Below are positions 20,298-29,942 of a stretch of 64,000 nucleotides of DNA, piece by piece. The stretch comes from Candidatus Scatocola faecipullorum (lineage in GTDB: Bacteria; Pseudomonadota; Alphaproteobacteria; RF32; CAG-239). The notes beneath the pieces were generated by a model. The model worked only from the letters and a program-made list of their open reading frames with translations, made no database searches and was not told where the DNA came from. The stretch lies in the NCBI GenBank assembly GCA_018714685.1, contig DVNC01000029.1, positions 3,764 through 67,763 on the forward strand, in the 5' to 3' direction. Position 1 is the stretch's first letter. Each line of letters begins with the position of its first letter. Both the position numbers and the translations under genes were made by a program.

Positions 20298-21395
20298 ATG
20301 ATAAATGAATTTTTACAATTCTTAAAAAAGCAAAAGTTAGCAAATCACTTTGCCCGTCATGATTTGCTGTTTTTGCTGCGCCCGCTGCAGACGTTCCGGG
20401 CCAATTTGCCGCTGGCCTCCCTCCTGCGCCGACCTTCCGCTCGCCCGCCGGTTCGGCGCGTGATTGATTATTTGCAGAAAAATCCGCAGTCGATGGCTGC
20501 GGTGCTGGCAGTCAGACTGGCGCTCAACTATAAAACCTGTCCGCCCCGCCTGCCGGAAAGAATTCTGCGCGGAGGAGAGATTTTCAAAACGGCACTGACA
20601 GCCAAAGACCGGCGCAGCCGGGAAAAACTGCTGGCCGAACTGGCTGCCCGTGACTGGCCGGATTTTGATTTCGGCGATCTGCAGAAAAATTTGGATTTAA
20701 ATCTTGATATGCGCCTGCTGGCTGCGGAACTTGAACGTTTGTCGGGTGCTGCCGCCGAATATCCCGGTTGCCTGAAATTCGCCGTCAACTGGCCCGAAAC
20801 CTCGCAGGAAAGGCTGGTTTTGGATTTTTCGGCACCGACAGAATATACAATGTGTCTGAAAGAAAAGGCCCAGCAAAACCTGGCGGAAATTTTCTTCCGT
20901 CTTTTCTATTGGAAATCGCTGCTGGTGCTTGATTGGCCGGCAATCGCCTGTGATGCGGAAGGAAAGGTGGCCTGGCTTGATTTTTCGTTGTTGAAAGATG
21001 TCGATTCGTCTTTGCGGGCTCGGGCGCTTGATTATCTGCACCGACGCAGCAAACCCCGGACCCCGGCGGAACATGACCTGAAACGGGCATTGGATTTGCT
21101 GACGGTTTATTGTCCGCAGGTTGATTTGACGGCCATGGCCGAAGAAATCAGCTGTTGCCCGCTGCCGGAATTTACCACGGATGATCTTCGCCGCGGCGCA
21201 CAGACGCTGAAACGTCTGCAACAGCTGGGAATGTCTGCCGGTCATATCGATTCGCCGGTGGAAACTTCGCCGCAGGAAATTGCCTATTTGCTGGATTCCA
21301 AACGCCGTTTGCGCGAGTCTTCGTTCAGAAAAGCCTCTTTCTATTACTGGGGGCCGCTTCTGTTGGCAGCTTATGCTCTTTATTATTATTTCTGA
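20298..21395 (+). CDS. Hypothetical membrane-anchored protein, possibly a degenerate UbiB/ABC1 kinase-like relic
   Basis: Sits at the syntenic position where ubiE-ubiB lies divergent from mutM in alphaproteobacteria. AIACDAEGKVAWLDFSLL is reminiscent of HADxHPGN...DFG. Has a C-terminal hydrophobic tail. Confidence 0.55.
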   Translation: MINEFLQFLKKQKLANHFARHDLLFLLRPLQTFRANLPLASLLRRPSARPPVRRVIDYLQKNPQSMAAVLAVRLALNYKTCPPRLPERILRGGEIFKTALTAKDRRSREKLLAELAARDWPDFDFGDLQKNLDLNLDMRLLAAELERLSGAAAEYPGCLKFAVNWPETSQERLVLDFSAPTEYTMCLKEKAQQNLAEIFFRLFYWKSLLVLDWPAIACDAEGKVAWLDFSLLKDVDSSLRARALDYLHRRSKPRTPAEHDLKRALDLLTVYCPQVDLTAMAEEISCCPLPEFTTDDLRRGAQTLKRLQQLGMSAGHIDSPVETSPQEIAYLLDSKRRLRESSFRKASFYYWGPLLLAAYALYYYF

Positions 21396-21697
21396 GAATC
21401 ATGGGGGAGTTTTTCTATCCGCAGCAAAATCTGGCTGATGCGGGAATTTGAAACCGGCAAACCGTTCTGTCGGGCTTTTTCTGCCGCATCACGGTAATAC
21501 ATCAGCATAAACAGCCGCGTCAGATAAGTCAGGCCGAGTTTGCGGTCGGGAATATTTTCCAGCAGCCCGATAAGCGTGTTCCGATTGGTTTTTTCGGTGC
21601 GGCAGATGTCATCCAGGGCATTCCATTCCTCTTGGCAGAGGCGCATGCTGGTTCGCCTTTGGTTGATAATAATAATGCGTTTGAGTAATTTGGTCAT
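21386..21697 (-). CDS. Ribbon-helix-helix (RHH_4-like) domain protein
   Basis: RRTSMRLCQEEWNALDDIC...LTRLFMLMYY matches the SxxLExxFWxxL...yy pattern I recall for the alphaproteobacterial RHH_4 family. Confidence 0.6.
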   Translation of the reverse strand: MTKLLKRIIIINQRRTSMRLCQEEWNALDDICRTEKTNRNTLIGLLENIPDRKLGLTYLTRLFMLMYYRDAAEKARQNGLPVSNSRISQILLRIEKLPHDSQK

Positions 21698-21824
21698 TTT
21701 TTGCTCAGTCTATTCTTTCAAAATAGATTTTAAGAGGTTGCCATTAAAATCACATTGCGCTAATAATAAAGCGACAAAACTTAATATACAATTAAAGAGA
21801 GCAAATAAAATAAACTGACAACAA

Positions 21825-22370
21825 ATGAAAAAGATAAAACGCCCGCGTAAATATTTTGCGCCCCAGAATGAAGGTACGGAGCGCAAATGCGATCATCCCG
21901 GCTGTGAAAAGGCGGGCGAATACCGTGCGCCCAAAGACCGTAAATTAAAAGATTATTATTGGTTTTGTCTGGAGCATGTTCAGGAATATAACGCGCAGTG
22001 GAATTATTATGCCGGCGAAATTCCCGAAGAGGACGAAGGCCCGAAAGCCCGTATGCATTTTAAAGGCTTCCGTTCCAAAGTACGCTATAAGCACGGCTAC
22101 AGTTTTAAGGATGATTTCGGCTTCTTTGGCGAATATGCAACGGATTACAGCGCCATCGACGATGAAATTATGTATAATGCGGAAGAACGCAAATGCCTTG
22201 AAATCATGGAGCTTAAAATATCCGAAGTCAGCTTGGAGAGCCTGAAGCGCCAATATAAAAAACTGGCAAAAAAATATCACCCGGATACCAATCAGGGCGA
22301 CAAAGACGCCGAAGAAAAATTCAAACAGCTCACGAATGCATACAGTCTGCTGTTGGCCAAACTTTCCTGA
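21825..22370 (+). CDS. J-domain protein with an N-terminal Cys/His cluster
   Basis: C-terminal J domain with [11 protein letters not shown]. The N-terminus has CDHPGC...FCLEH. Confidence 0.75.
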   Translation: MKKIKRPRKYFAPQNEGTERKCDHPGCEKAGEYRAPKDRKLKDYYWFCLEHVQEYNAQWNYYAGEIPEEDEGPKARMHFKGFRSKVRYKHGYSFKDDFGFFGEYATDYSAIDDEIMYNAEERKCLEIMELKISEVSLESLKRQYKKLAKKYHPDTNQGDKDAEEKFKQLTNAYSLLLAKLS

Positions 22371-22372
22371 TT

Positions 22373-23368
22373 TTAAAATCCTTCTTCTTTGTAAGGACGG
22401 TTCATCAGCTCTTCCATGGCCGCTTTGAGCGGAAAGTTTTCAAACAGGACTTTGTTGACCATTTCGCAAATCGGCATTTCAACCCCCAGCTTGCGTGCCA
22501 GTTTCAACACGGCTTTGGCGGTGTGCAGGCCTTCGACGGTCCGGGTGTTTTCCGCAATTACTTTTTGCGCTTCTCCGCAGGTGCCGACGGCATAACCGAA
22601 ACTGAAATTGCGCGATTGAGAACAATTGGCCGTTAAAACCAAATCACCCAGTCCGCTCATGCCCATCATTGTGGTCGGCAGGCCGCCCAAAGCTTTGGAC
22701 AACCGGCCCATTTCATTCAGTCCCCGGGTAATCAGTGCGGCCCGGGCACCGTCGCCGAAAGCGGCCCCTTCAATCACGCCCGAGGCAATTGCAATTACGT
22801 TTTTAACGCTCCCGCCGATTTGCGGAGAAATCATATCTGCTGTCGTATAGGGACGAAAATAAGGCGTTGCCAGCAGTTCGGTCAATTTGGCCGCGATTCC
22901 CGGTCTGTCGCAGGCAATCGTGACGCAGGCCAGTTTCTGCCGGGCAATATCAATGGCAAAACCCGGCCCCGATAACACGGCAATCACTGCCGCAGGCACT
23001 TCTTCCCGCGCAACTTCCGACAGCATTTTGCCGCTGTTTTCCTCGATTCCTTTGGCACAGAGGACAATAACGCCGTTTTCTTTGACAAACGGTTTCATCG
23101 CCTGAAGCACGCTTCTGGTCGATTGGGCCGAAGTCGTCAGTAAAACCGTATCGGTAAAATCAAAAACGTCCGACAGGGAAGATGTTGCCCGAATGGCATC
23201 GGGCAAAGGGATATTCGGCAGATATTTGGAATTAAGATGTCTCAGGTTAATATCATCGGAAATTTCCTGATTTCGAGCCCAGCAAAGAACGCTGCAGCCG
23301 GCGCGCGCCGCCGTCAGGGCCAATGCCGTTCCGAAAATTCCTGTTCCGATGATACCGATTCTTTTCAT
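22373..23368 (-). CDS. gpsA: NAD(P)H-dependent glycerol-3-phosphate dehydrogenase
   Basis: I trimmed the start to MKRIGIIGTGIFGTALA (Rossmann GxGxxG), giving 331 aa. The 73-codon upstream extension in the ORF track is unsupported. Confidence 0.9.
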   Translation of the reverse strand: MKRIGIIGTGIFGTALALTAARAGCSVLCWARNQEISDDINLRHLNSKYLPNIPLPDAIRATSSLSDVFDFTDTVLLTTSAQSTRSVLQAMKPFVKENGVIVLCAKGIEENSGKMLSEVAREEVPAAVIAVLSGPGFAIDIARQKLACVTIACDRPGIAAKLTELLATPYFRPYTTADMISPQIGGSVKNVIAIASGVIEGAAFGDGARAALITRGLNEMGRLSKALGGLPTTMMGMSGLGDLVLTANCSQSRNFSFGYAVGTCGEAQKVIAENTRTVEGLHTAKAVLKLARKLGVEMPICEMVNKVLFENFPLKAAMEELMNRPYKEEGF

Positions 23369-23504
23369 CTCTTTCCCCCGTTGCCGCTGTTGTCTCCTGA
23401 CGTTGATTTTATACGCCGCCGGCTTAAATACAAGCAAATATTTTATATGAAATATAAAACCGCCGCGGTTGGGCGGCGGTTTTATGCTTAAAGCAAAACG
23501 AAAT

Positions 23505-25961
23505 TTATTTGCCCAGACAGCCGTGGGTCTCTCTGGCATAACGAACATAACATTTGTAATAATGTTCCAACCCTTTCTGAACCGCATAATTGACGGTTCC
23601 TTTGGGATATTCGCCGTTCTTGTTCGGCTTGCCCGCCGGCATGCCGGTCAGAATTTCAATACCGTCGTCAACCGTATCGACCGCCCAGATATGAAACTGT
23701 CCTTCCTCAACGGCCTGCAGAACGTCTTCCCGCAGCATCAGAGAGCTGACATTGGTTCGCGGAATAATAACGCCTTGGTCCCCGGTCAGGCCGCGATGTT
23801 TGCACACGTCAAAGAAACCTTCGATTTTTTCATTGGCGCCGCCGATCGGCTGAATCTCGCCAAACTGGTTAATCGAACCGGTTACGGCAATATTCTGCTT
23901 AATCGGAATATTGGAAATGGCCGACAACAGGCAGTAATATTCGGTTGAGGAAGCGCTGTCGCCGTCAACGCCGCCGTAAGACTGTTCAAAAACAATCGAA
24001 GCCGACAAAGACAACGGCGATTCTTTGGCAAACCGGTTGGCAATCAGAGACGATAAAATTAACACGCCTTTGGTATGAATCGGACCGCTCATCTGAATTT
24101 CCCGCTCAATGTCGATGAATTCGCCTTTGCCCATCCGTACCTGGGTAGTAATGCGCGAGGGCTTGCCGAAAGAATTGCGCGAAAAGTTATAAACGACCAG
24201 GCCGTTAATCTGACCGACTTTGGCACCTTCCACGTCAATCAGAATAGTTCCTTTGTCAATCTGTTCCAGCATGGCCTGCTTAATGCGGTCACTGCGGTAA
24301 ATTTGTTCGGAAATAGCCTGCTCAATGTGATTTTTGCCGATCTGATTGGCTTTTGATTTGCGGGCCCAGAAATCGGCCTCCCGCAGCAAATCGCCGATGG
24401 ATGCGATATGCGCGGTCAGCTTTTCGGAATCTTCGGCCAGCCGCGAAGAATATTCAATAACTTTGGCGACGGCCTGTTTGTTGAGTGAACGGATTTTTTT
24501 CTTTTTGGAAAGTGAACCGATTAATTTGGCATATTCAACCTCGTTTTCAAAGGTTCTGTCCATCAGCACGCCGAAGTCGGCTTCAACTTTGAAATAATCG
24601 CAGAAATCCGGGTCACGCTCTGTCAGCATTTCATAAAGTTCTTCGTCGCCGGTCAGAATAACCTTGATGTCCAGCGGAATAGGGCAGGGATCGAGCGAAA
24701 TCGTGGTAAAGCAGGTTTCGTCGCTCGGGGTTTCAATTTTTACCGTTTTGGAGGCCAAAGCGCGTTTCAGAGAATCCCAGGAATAAGGCTGCAACAGAAG
24801 CTTACGGGCATCCATTAACAGAAAGCCGCCGTTGGCGCGATGCAGGGCGCCGGCCTTAATCAGAGTAAAGTCGGTGACCAAAGCGCCGTATTGTTGGATT
24901 CGTTCCACGCGGCCGACCAGATTGGCCTGGGTCGGGTGGTCAAGCAGAACGATCGGCGCACCGGCATCTTTTTCGTTTTTGACAATTACATTGACTTTCA
25001 GTTTGGAGAACTTGTCGTCTTCAGACTTGTTCATCCGATTCAGCAAAGCCGACAACGGATCGCCTTCTTCGGAAGCGGCCGGCTGTTCGGAAGCGGGCAG
25101 AAAATCGTCAATATTGTCGATAATGTGTTTTTGAATGTTTTTAAGAAATTCAACCGCTCCTTTATGGCTTTTGTGCTTATGGCGCAAAGCGTCGATCGGA
25201 TTTTTTACCGCCGCTTTAATGAACTTCTCACGCAGCTGCTGGGATTCTTTGCGCTGTTTGTCTTCCCAGCTCGGCAGATCCTGCGCGGTGTTTTCGATTT
25301 CCTCCTGCATATAGTTAAGGTCTTCAATCAGCGACTTCTTTTCTTCTTCGGGAAGTTCGTCGAAAGCGTCCGGACTCAAAACTTCGCCGTTCTTAACCGG
25401 GGCAACCACAAGGCCGACCGGCATATGCAGCAGAGAAACGCTTTTGCCTTTGGCCTTTTTCTGCAACAGGCGGATATATTCTTCTTTTTTCTGCTTGTAT
25501 TTTTCCTTAATAATGGTTTCGGCCGCTTTATATTCATCGCTGTCAAGGATGGCGTTGATTGAAGTGCTCAGTTCTTCAATCAGTTTGTCGATGTCTTTGG
25601 CAAATTCGCTCGCTTCTCCGGCAGGAAAATTAATTGCAATCGGTTTATAGGGTTCTTCAAAATTGTAAACATAAGCCCAGTCGTCCGGAGTTGGGCGGCT
25701 TTTGGCCTCTTTTTCGAGAATACGCTTGACCAGACTTGTCTTTCCGGTGCCTTCCGGCCCCAGACAGAACAGATTATATCCTTTAGACTTGATGTTAATG
25801 CCCAGCTCTACGGCGCTGATAGCACGATCCTGTCCGAGAGCCGACAGGCGTTCTTCAAGGTCTGCGGTACTGGTAAAGTCAAATTTTTTAGGGTCGCATA
25901 CCCGGTAAAGCTCTTCTCTTTTTAATTTGGAGATTGTCATCTTGAAAAAATCCCTATACAT
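23505..25961 (-). CDS. Lon-related ATP-dependent protease (AAA+ plus Lon proteolytic domain)
   Basis: Walker A GPEGTGKTS. The C-terminal Lon domain has the Ser context DGDSASS and the Lys context GGANEKIEGF. An alternative start exists at 25940. Confidence 0.8.
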   Translation of the reverse strand: MYRDFFKMTISKLKREELYRVCDPKKFDFTSTADLEERLSALGQDRAISAVELGINIKSKGYNLFCLGPEGTGKTSLVKRILEKEAKSRPTPDDWAYVYNFEEPYKPIAINFPAGEASEFAKDIDKLIEELSTSINAILDSDEYKAAETIIKEKYKQKKEEYIRLLQKKAKGKSVSLLHMPVGLVVAPVKNGEVLSPDAFDELPEEEKKSLIEDLNYMQEEIENTAQDLPSWEDKQRKESQQLREKFIKAAVKNPIDALRHKHKSHKGAVEFLKNIQKHIIDNIDDFLPASEQPAASEEGDPLSALLNRMNKSEDDKFSKLKVNVIVKNEKDAGAPIVLLDHPTQANLVGRVERIQQYGALVTDFTLIKAGALHRANGGFLLMDARKLLLQPYSWDSLKRALASKTVKIETPSDETCFTTISLDPCPIPLDIKVILTGDEELYEMLTERDPDFCDYFKVEADFGVLMDRTFENEVEYAKLIGSLSKKKKIRSLNKQAVAKVIEYSSRLAEDSEKLTAHIASIGDLLREADFWARKSKANQIGKNHIEQAISEQIYRSDRIKQAMLEQIDKGTILIDVEGAKVGQINGLVVYNFSRNSFGKPSRITTQVRMGKGEFIDIEREIQMSGPIHTKGVLILSSLIANRFAKESPLSLSASIVFEQSYGGVDGDSASSTEYYCLLSAISNIPIKQNIAVTGSINQFGEIQPIGGANEKIEGFFDVCKHRGLTGDQGVIIPRTNVSSLMLREDVLQAVEEGQFHIWAVDTVDDGIEILTGMPAGKPNKNGEYPKGTVNYAVQKGLEHYYKCYVRYARETHGCLGK

Positions 25962-26023
25962 GTAAATTTATGATGCTATGGTTGAATATAATAATGAAAA
26001 AACTAATTTAGCGTAAAGATTTT

Positions 26024-27511
26024 ATGATTAAGCTCGAATATGTCGTATTTTTTTTGCTCTTTGCCGGTTCTGGTGCTTACGTCTGGCATTTTTTCCGCCG
26101 TCTCAGGCGTGACCATTTTTCCAAGCTTGTCGAACGGGCGTTTCTGCGCCGGCAGGCTTCCGGCGGTGAAAATGCTTTTTTCTGCGAGCCGTTGCTGCGA
26201 CGCATTGTTGTTTTGCTGCTTCGCGATGGAAAAAAAGCCCTCCGTCCGCTGCTTGCTCTGACGCTTGGCCGTCACACGCCGGCCGAAAAATATCTGCGTT
26301 CCCGCGGCCGTGAGCTGGAGGCATTGCTGCTTCGGGCGCATGTTTCGCCGCAACGGGCACTGCCGGGGTTAAAAAAATATGTAAGAAAAAATCCGCAAAA
26401 CCGGTTTGCCCTGGCCGCATTGGCTGAATTATGCTTTGTTGCCGGCGATGCCGGACATGGCCAGGCCGCTCTGGATAATATCAGTTTGAAACGCGCTCCG
26501 CGTTATGTGCTGGGAATTTACTGGTATTATCAAACCTCGTTTTATCTTCGCGAAGGGGATATGCTGGCCGCATCGCAGGCCTGTGTAAGGGCTGAAAAAT
26601 ATTTTCTCCGCGAAAAGGCTTTTTATGCCGCGGCCCGCTGCCGTTTGCTGATGGGAACCGTTTACCGTGTCTGTTTTGTGGAAGATGTGGCTTCTTTTAT
26701 GTTTCGCGGGGCGCTTAAAATCTTTGAGCAGCTGCATTGTCCGCAAGGCCGGGCGGCAGCTTTCGGCAACCTCGGCATGCTCAACGCGTTGACGGAACAT
26801 TTTGGCGAGGCGCAGGGATATTTTGAACAGGCCCGGGAATTATATGACGGTATAAATGCCGTCCGCGGTCGGGCGGAAATAGATAACCAGCTTGGCCTTC
26901 TGGAAATCTTGCGCCGGAATTTTTCCCGTGCGGAAAAATATCTTCAAACTGCCGCTCAAGGACATGAACAGGCAGATTCTCTGCCCGGATTGGCTCTGAA
27001 TGCCGAACTGTTCAGCTACTTGGAAGCCGCCCGAAACCGCCATGTCCTTTCCCGCCGCTATGCCGAAAAAGCCGAAGAACTTTACCGGCGGATAGGCAAT
27101 GAATCAGCCCGTCTCGAAAGCCTGTATCTTCAGGCAGAGGCCTGGTATGCCGGTAAAAAAGATAAAAAAGCCGAAACGGTTCTGCGCCGGATAATTCAAG
27201 AAGCCGGCGGTCATTCGACCAGTTTTCACATAGCCAATGCTTACAGCCTGCTGGGTTTGGTTTTTATGCGTCGGGGTGAACTGCAGCGGGCTAAAGGGCT
27301 GTTTCAGCAGTCGCTGGAGCAGGAACAGAAAAACGATCGCTGGAGCGGACAGGCCTGCGACTATGCCAATATCGGTTTGCTGGAACTGCGCTGCGGCCGA
27401 AAGGAACAGGCCAAAACCCATTTGAATGCCGCGCTTGAACTGGCCTTAAATCTGGACAATCGGGAAATGGCCGATTTTCTGAAACGGGAATTGGAAAAAC
27501 TAAAAGCTTAA
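26024..27511 (+). CDS. Membrane-anchored TPR-repeat protein
   Basis: N-terminal TM helix, followed by repeated A..Y..AL......A TPR-like units. Confidence 0.65.
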   Translation: MIKLEYVVFFLLFAGSGAYVWHFFRRLRRDHFSKLVERAFLRRQASGGENAFFCEPLLRRIVVLLLRDGKKALRPLLALTLGRHTPAEKYLRSRGRELEALLLRAHVSPQRALPGLKKYVRKNPQNRFALAALAELCFVAGDAGHGQAALDNISLKRAPRYVLGIYWYYQTSFYLREGDMLAASQACVRAEKYFLREKAFYAAARCRLLMGTVYRVCFVEDVASFMFRGALKIFEQLHCPQGRAAAFGNLGMLNALTEHFGEAQGYFEQARELYDGINAVRGRAEIDNQLGLLEILRRNFSRAEKYLQTAAQGHEQADSLPGLALNAELFSYLEAARNRHVLSRRYAEKAEELYRRIGNESARLESLYLQAEAWYAGKKDKKAETVLRRIIQEAGGHSTSFHIANAYSLLGLVFMRRGELQRAKGLFQQSLEQEQKNDRWSGQACDYANIGLLELRCGRKEQAKTHLNAALELALNLDNREMADFLKRELEKLKA

Positions 27512-28414
27512 TTCAACCAGCAGCGGATGCCGGGCATTGCCGTCTTTGTTCAGCAAAGAAACGTCTTTGACGCCGAAGTTCTTATAAGCCAAAACATTCA
27601 GGCTCGGCACTCCGAAAGGGTTAAACCAACAGGAACCGTTGCTCAGGATAACGCGGTTTTTGACTTCCAGACTGGTTTTGTTCAAAAACTTTTTGAAAGT
27701 ATCGGACCAGGCCGGAATGCCGAACTCTCCGATAATGATAACCGGATTGTCCTGAGCGGTAACAAATTCGGCCAGATTGTGATAAACCGTTTTTTCATCC
27801 CGATGTGACAGGCCTGACAGATCAATGTTAATCAAGACCAAAGGCTGCTCTTCGGCAATAAAACTCATGTAAGAAGCCGTAAAACGCGGGGACAGGCGAA
27901 GCTTGCCCGATTTAAGCGGCATGTGGCGGCTGACCATAAAACTGTTTTTCCAGTCGTTGTCTTCGTTAAACAGATAATATCCGGGATAATTGCTCAAATC
28001 AAACCCCGGCAGCCGGGAACGGTTGACCGCAATAACGTCAGCGCGTTCCGCCCGGGCCTGCTGTAATAAGGCTTCGCCGTTTCGGGTGTGGTTTTGATAA
28101 AGGATGACTAAACGCTGCTGCCCGTCGTTTTCGATGTTTTTAAATAAATTGGCGCTGGAGGCAATCGACATGTAGTTGACCACAATCAGCAGGCAGGCAA
28201 ACAGGGCTTGAATAAAAAACCGGTTGGCCAGCGCATAGAAAAAGACGAACAGCAGATATATATATATCTGAAACTGCCATTGGTTGATAAAAGCGCTGAA
28301 CCCCGAACTGCGGTCAAACAAAGCCAGAAAAGAGGTAATGCTGATGATGCCGAGCGAGGTGTTAAGCAGGAAATTTATTCTTGCATGCTTTTTTTTCTGA
28401 CTGAGGTAACCCAT
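27500..28414 (-). CDS. Membrane protein with a YafD-like endonuclease/exonuclease/phosphatase fold and substituted catalytic motifs
   Basis: Three N-terminal TM segments. IIGEFGIPAWS stands where EEP enzymes have GDFN..PWS, and ARHPLLVELSF where they have SDHxP. Confidence 0.5.
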   Translation of the reverse strand: MGYLSQKKKHARINFLLNTSLGIISITSFLALFDRSSGFSAFINQWQFQIYIYLLFVFFYALANRFFIQALFACLLIVVNYMSIASSANLFKNIENDGQQRLVILYQNHTRNGEALLQQARAERADVIAVNRSRLPGFDLSNYPGYYLFNEDNDWKNSFMVSRHMPLKSGKLRLSPRFTASYMSFIAEEQPLVLINIDLSGLSHRDEKTVYHNLAEFVTAQDNPVIIIGEFGIPAWSDTFKKFLNKTSLEVKNRVILSNGSCWFNPFGVPSLNVLAYKNFGVKDVSLLNKDGNARHPLLVELSF

Positions 28415-28535
28415 TATTAAACTATTTCTGCTAAAGATTTTTTAATTGTTTTTTGGCAAATATCAAACGATAATAGCCTTTAGATTGACACATTCTAACA
28501 TTAAAATCTAATTTGTAAATGGTGCCGTTGAAAAT

Positions 28536-29903
28536 ATGTATGAACAGATAATAACTATGCTCTCCGCAACGGATTATATGAGTATTGTCGCCAATGACAT
28601 TAATGCCCTGGCCGGAATGTTTGAGCGTTATCTGTCCGGCGCCGACAATCTTCGGATTGTCTCTATCATACTGATGCTGCTGGCTTTTATCCTTTTCTTA
28701 TTTTTGATTATCATCTTATATGTCAAATCGATTATTTCTTTTTTGAAAAGCGAGAACAAAAAGACTCCCGCGCCCTATGAAACCGTTTCCGAAGAAGATG
28801 AAGCAGCTGCCGCGCTTGACGATGAACTTGAACTGGAGCGCGAATTGGAAAGGGAGCTTGAACGCGAGCTTGAGCTTTCCCGCGCCGCCAAATTCCGCAG
28901 CGATGCCGAAGAGCAAAAACAGCGGGAACAGGAACAGCAGGAAAAAGAAAAAATGCCGCCCGAACCCCGGGTCGCAGCTGCGAAAGAAAACAATAAAAAC
29001 AACATGCTTGATCTGGACTGGAAAAAGGGCAAGCGCCCTGAGGTCGATGCTGCCGTTCCGCCGATAGATCCCGCCGCTCTGCAATACAAACAAAGCCGCA
29101 AGTCTCTTGAAGATTTAATCGGACTGATTATTGATATGATCGGCCGCGGCGTCGATGAACTTAAAATTGCCCAAACCATCATGTTCCGCAATCAGGGAGA
29201 AAATTCGGAAGAAGATATTATCCAGACGGTTGAAGCCATAAAGGAATTTGTCGCGCTCTGTGTCAGCGGCAAATTTAAAGGGCTTTCCGCGGAAAAAAAT
29301 CTGCCGGCCGAAGATGAAGCGCTTTTTCATTTGGCAAAAGGCGATGCCTCGCTGGCGCTGGCTTTGCTGGAAGCGCTGATGGATAAAAACATTGAGTATT
29401 CGGCAGCTTTGCCCGTCGGCGACAAAAGAGACGCCCTTTTTGCCGAAACCTCTGGCTATGCCTCTGTTTTCGGAACTCTGGCCGCCATGTCCGATCCGCA
29501 TCTGGCAACCGGTTCTTTTGAATTGGCGGTGGAGTTGTCTCCGCAGAATGTTAATGCCTGGAGTCGGCTGGCCGATATGTATCACCTTCTGGAATCTCAT
29601 CAAAAAGCCATGTGGGCTTATCAGCAGGTTTTGGAGATGGCAGACGAAGAATTGAGCCCGCAGCAGATTGCCAATGCCAATAAAATCCTCTCACAATATT
29701 ACTATGCGCAGGGAAACAGCCTGCAGGCCGCCAAACTTTATAATCAAAGCAAGCAGTTTTATGATTCGATCGGCATTAACCGCCGCTTGGATAAAAAAGA
29801 AATCGAAATCATCGAAATTATCGAATCCCGCCAGCAAAATGATCTGGAAACGACGATTGCCCGCCTGCTTTCCGGCAACTCAACGCGAAACGGATATGCC
29901 TGA
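28536..29903 (+). CDS. Membrane-anchored coiled-coil/TPR-like protein
   Basis: One TM helix, the acidic repeat ELELERELERELERELELS, and C-terminal TPR-like helices. Confidence 0.6.
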   Translation: MYEQIITMLSATDYMSIVANDINALAGMFERYLSGADNLRIVSIILMLLAFILFLFLIIILYVKSIISFLKSENKKTPAPYETVSEEDEAAAALDDELELERELERELERELELSRAAKFRSDAEEQKQREQEQQEKEKMPPEPRVAAAKENNKNNMLDLDWKKGKRPEVDAAVPPIDPAALQYKQSRKSLEDLIGLIIDMIGRGVDELKIAQTIMFRNQGENSEEDIIQTVEAIKEFVALCVSGKFKGLSAEKNLPAEDEALFHLAKGDASLALALLEALMDKNIEYSAALPVGDKRDALFAETSGYASVFGTLAAMSDPHLATGSFELAVELSPQNVNAWSRLADMYHLLESHQKAMWAYQQVLEMADEELSPQQIANANKILSQYYYAQGNSLQAAKLYNQSKQFYDSIGINRRLDKKEIEIIEIIESRQQNDLETTIARLLSGNSTRNGYA

Positions 29904-29907
29904 TTTT

Positions 29908-29941
29908 AACAAAGCCCCGGATTTCCGGGGCTTTGTTTTAG
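29908..29941. terminator. Bidirectional terminator between convergent genes
   Basis: AAAGCCCCGG-ATTTC-CGGGGCTTT is flanked by A/T runs. Confidence 0.75.
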
Positions 29942-29942
29942 A

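Noticed and set aside
22373-23587. N-terminal extensions in the ORF track for gpsA (to 23587), dnaN (to 15591), mutM (to 20266), the PilT-like ATPase (to 55490), the nitroreductase (to 56699) and the first GNAT (from 46163).
   Set aside because: Conserved protein N-termini (the Rossmann GxGxxG, MKFTIER, MPELPEVE), RBS positions, or overlap with a divergent gene all favour the internal starts listed in the features.
23505-25961. The Lon-like protease as part of a defence system (BrxL-like).
   Set aside because: The neighbouring genes (gpsA and a TPR protein) are not BREX or defence components. The 818-aa architecture matches the widespread stand-alone Lon-related protease family.
28810-28880. 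Short tandem nucleotide repeats that might suggest a repeat array or CRISPR.
   Set aside because: They encode the in-frame ELELERELERELERELE coiled-coil segment of the 455-aa protein. There are no spacers and no cas genes, and no CRISPR-like array exists elsewhere in the window.
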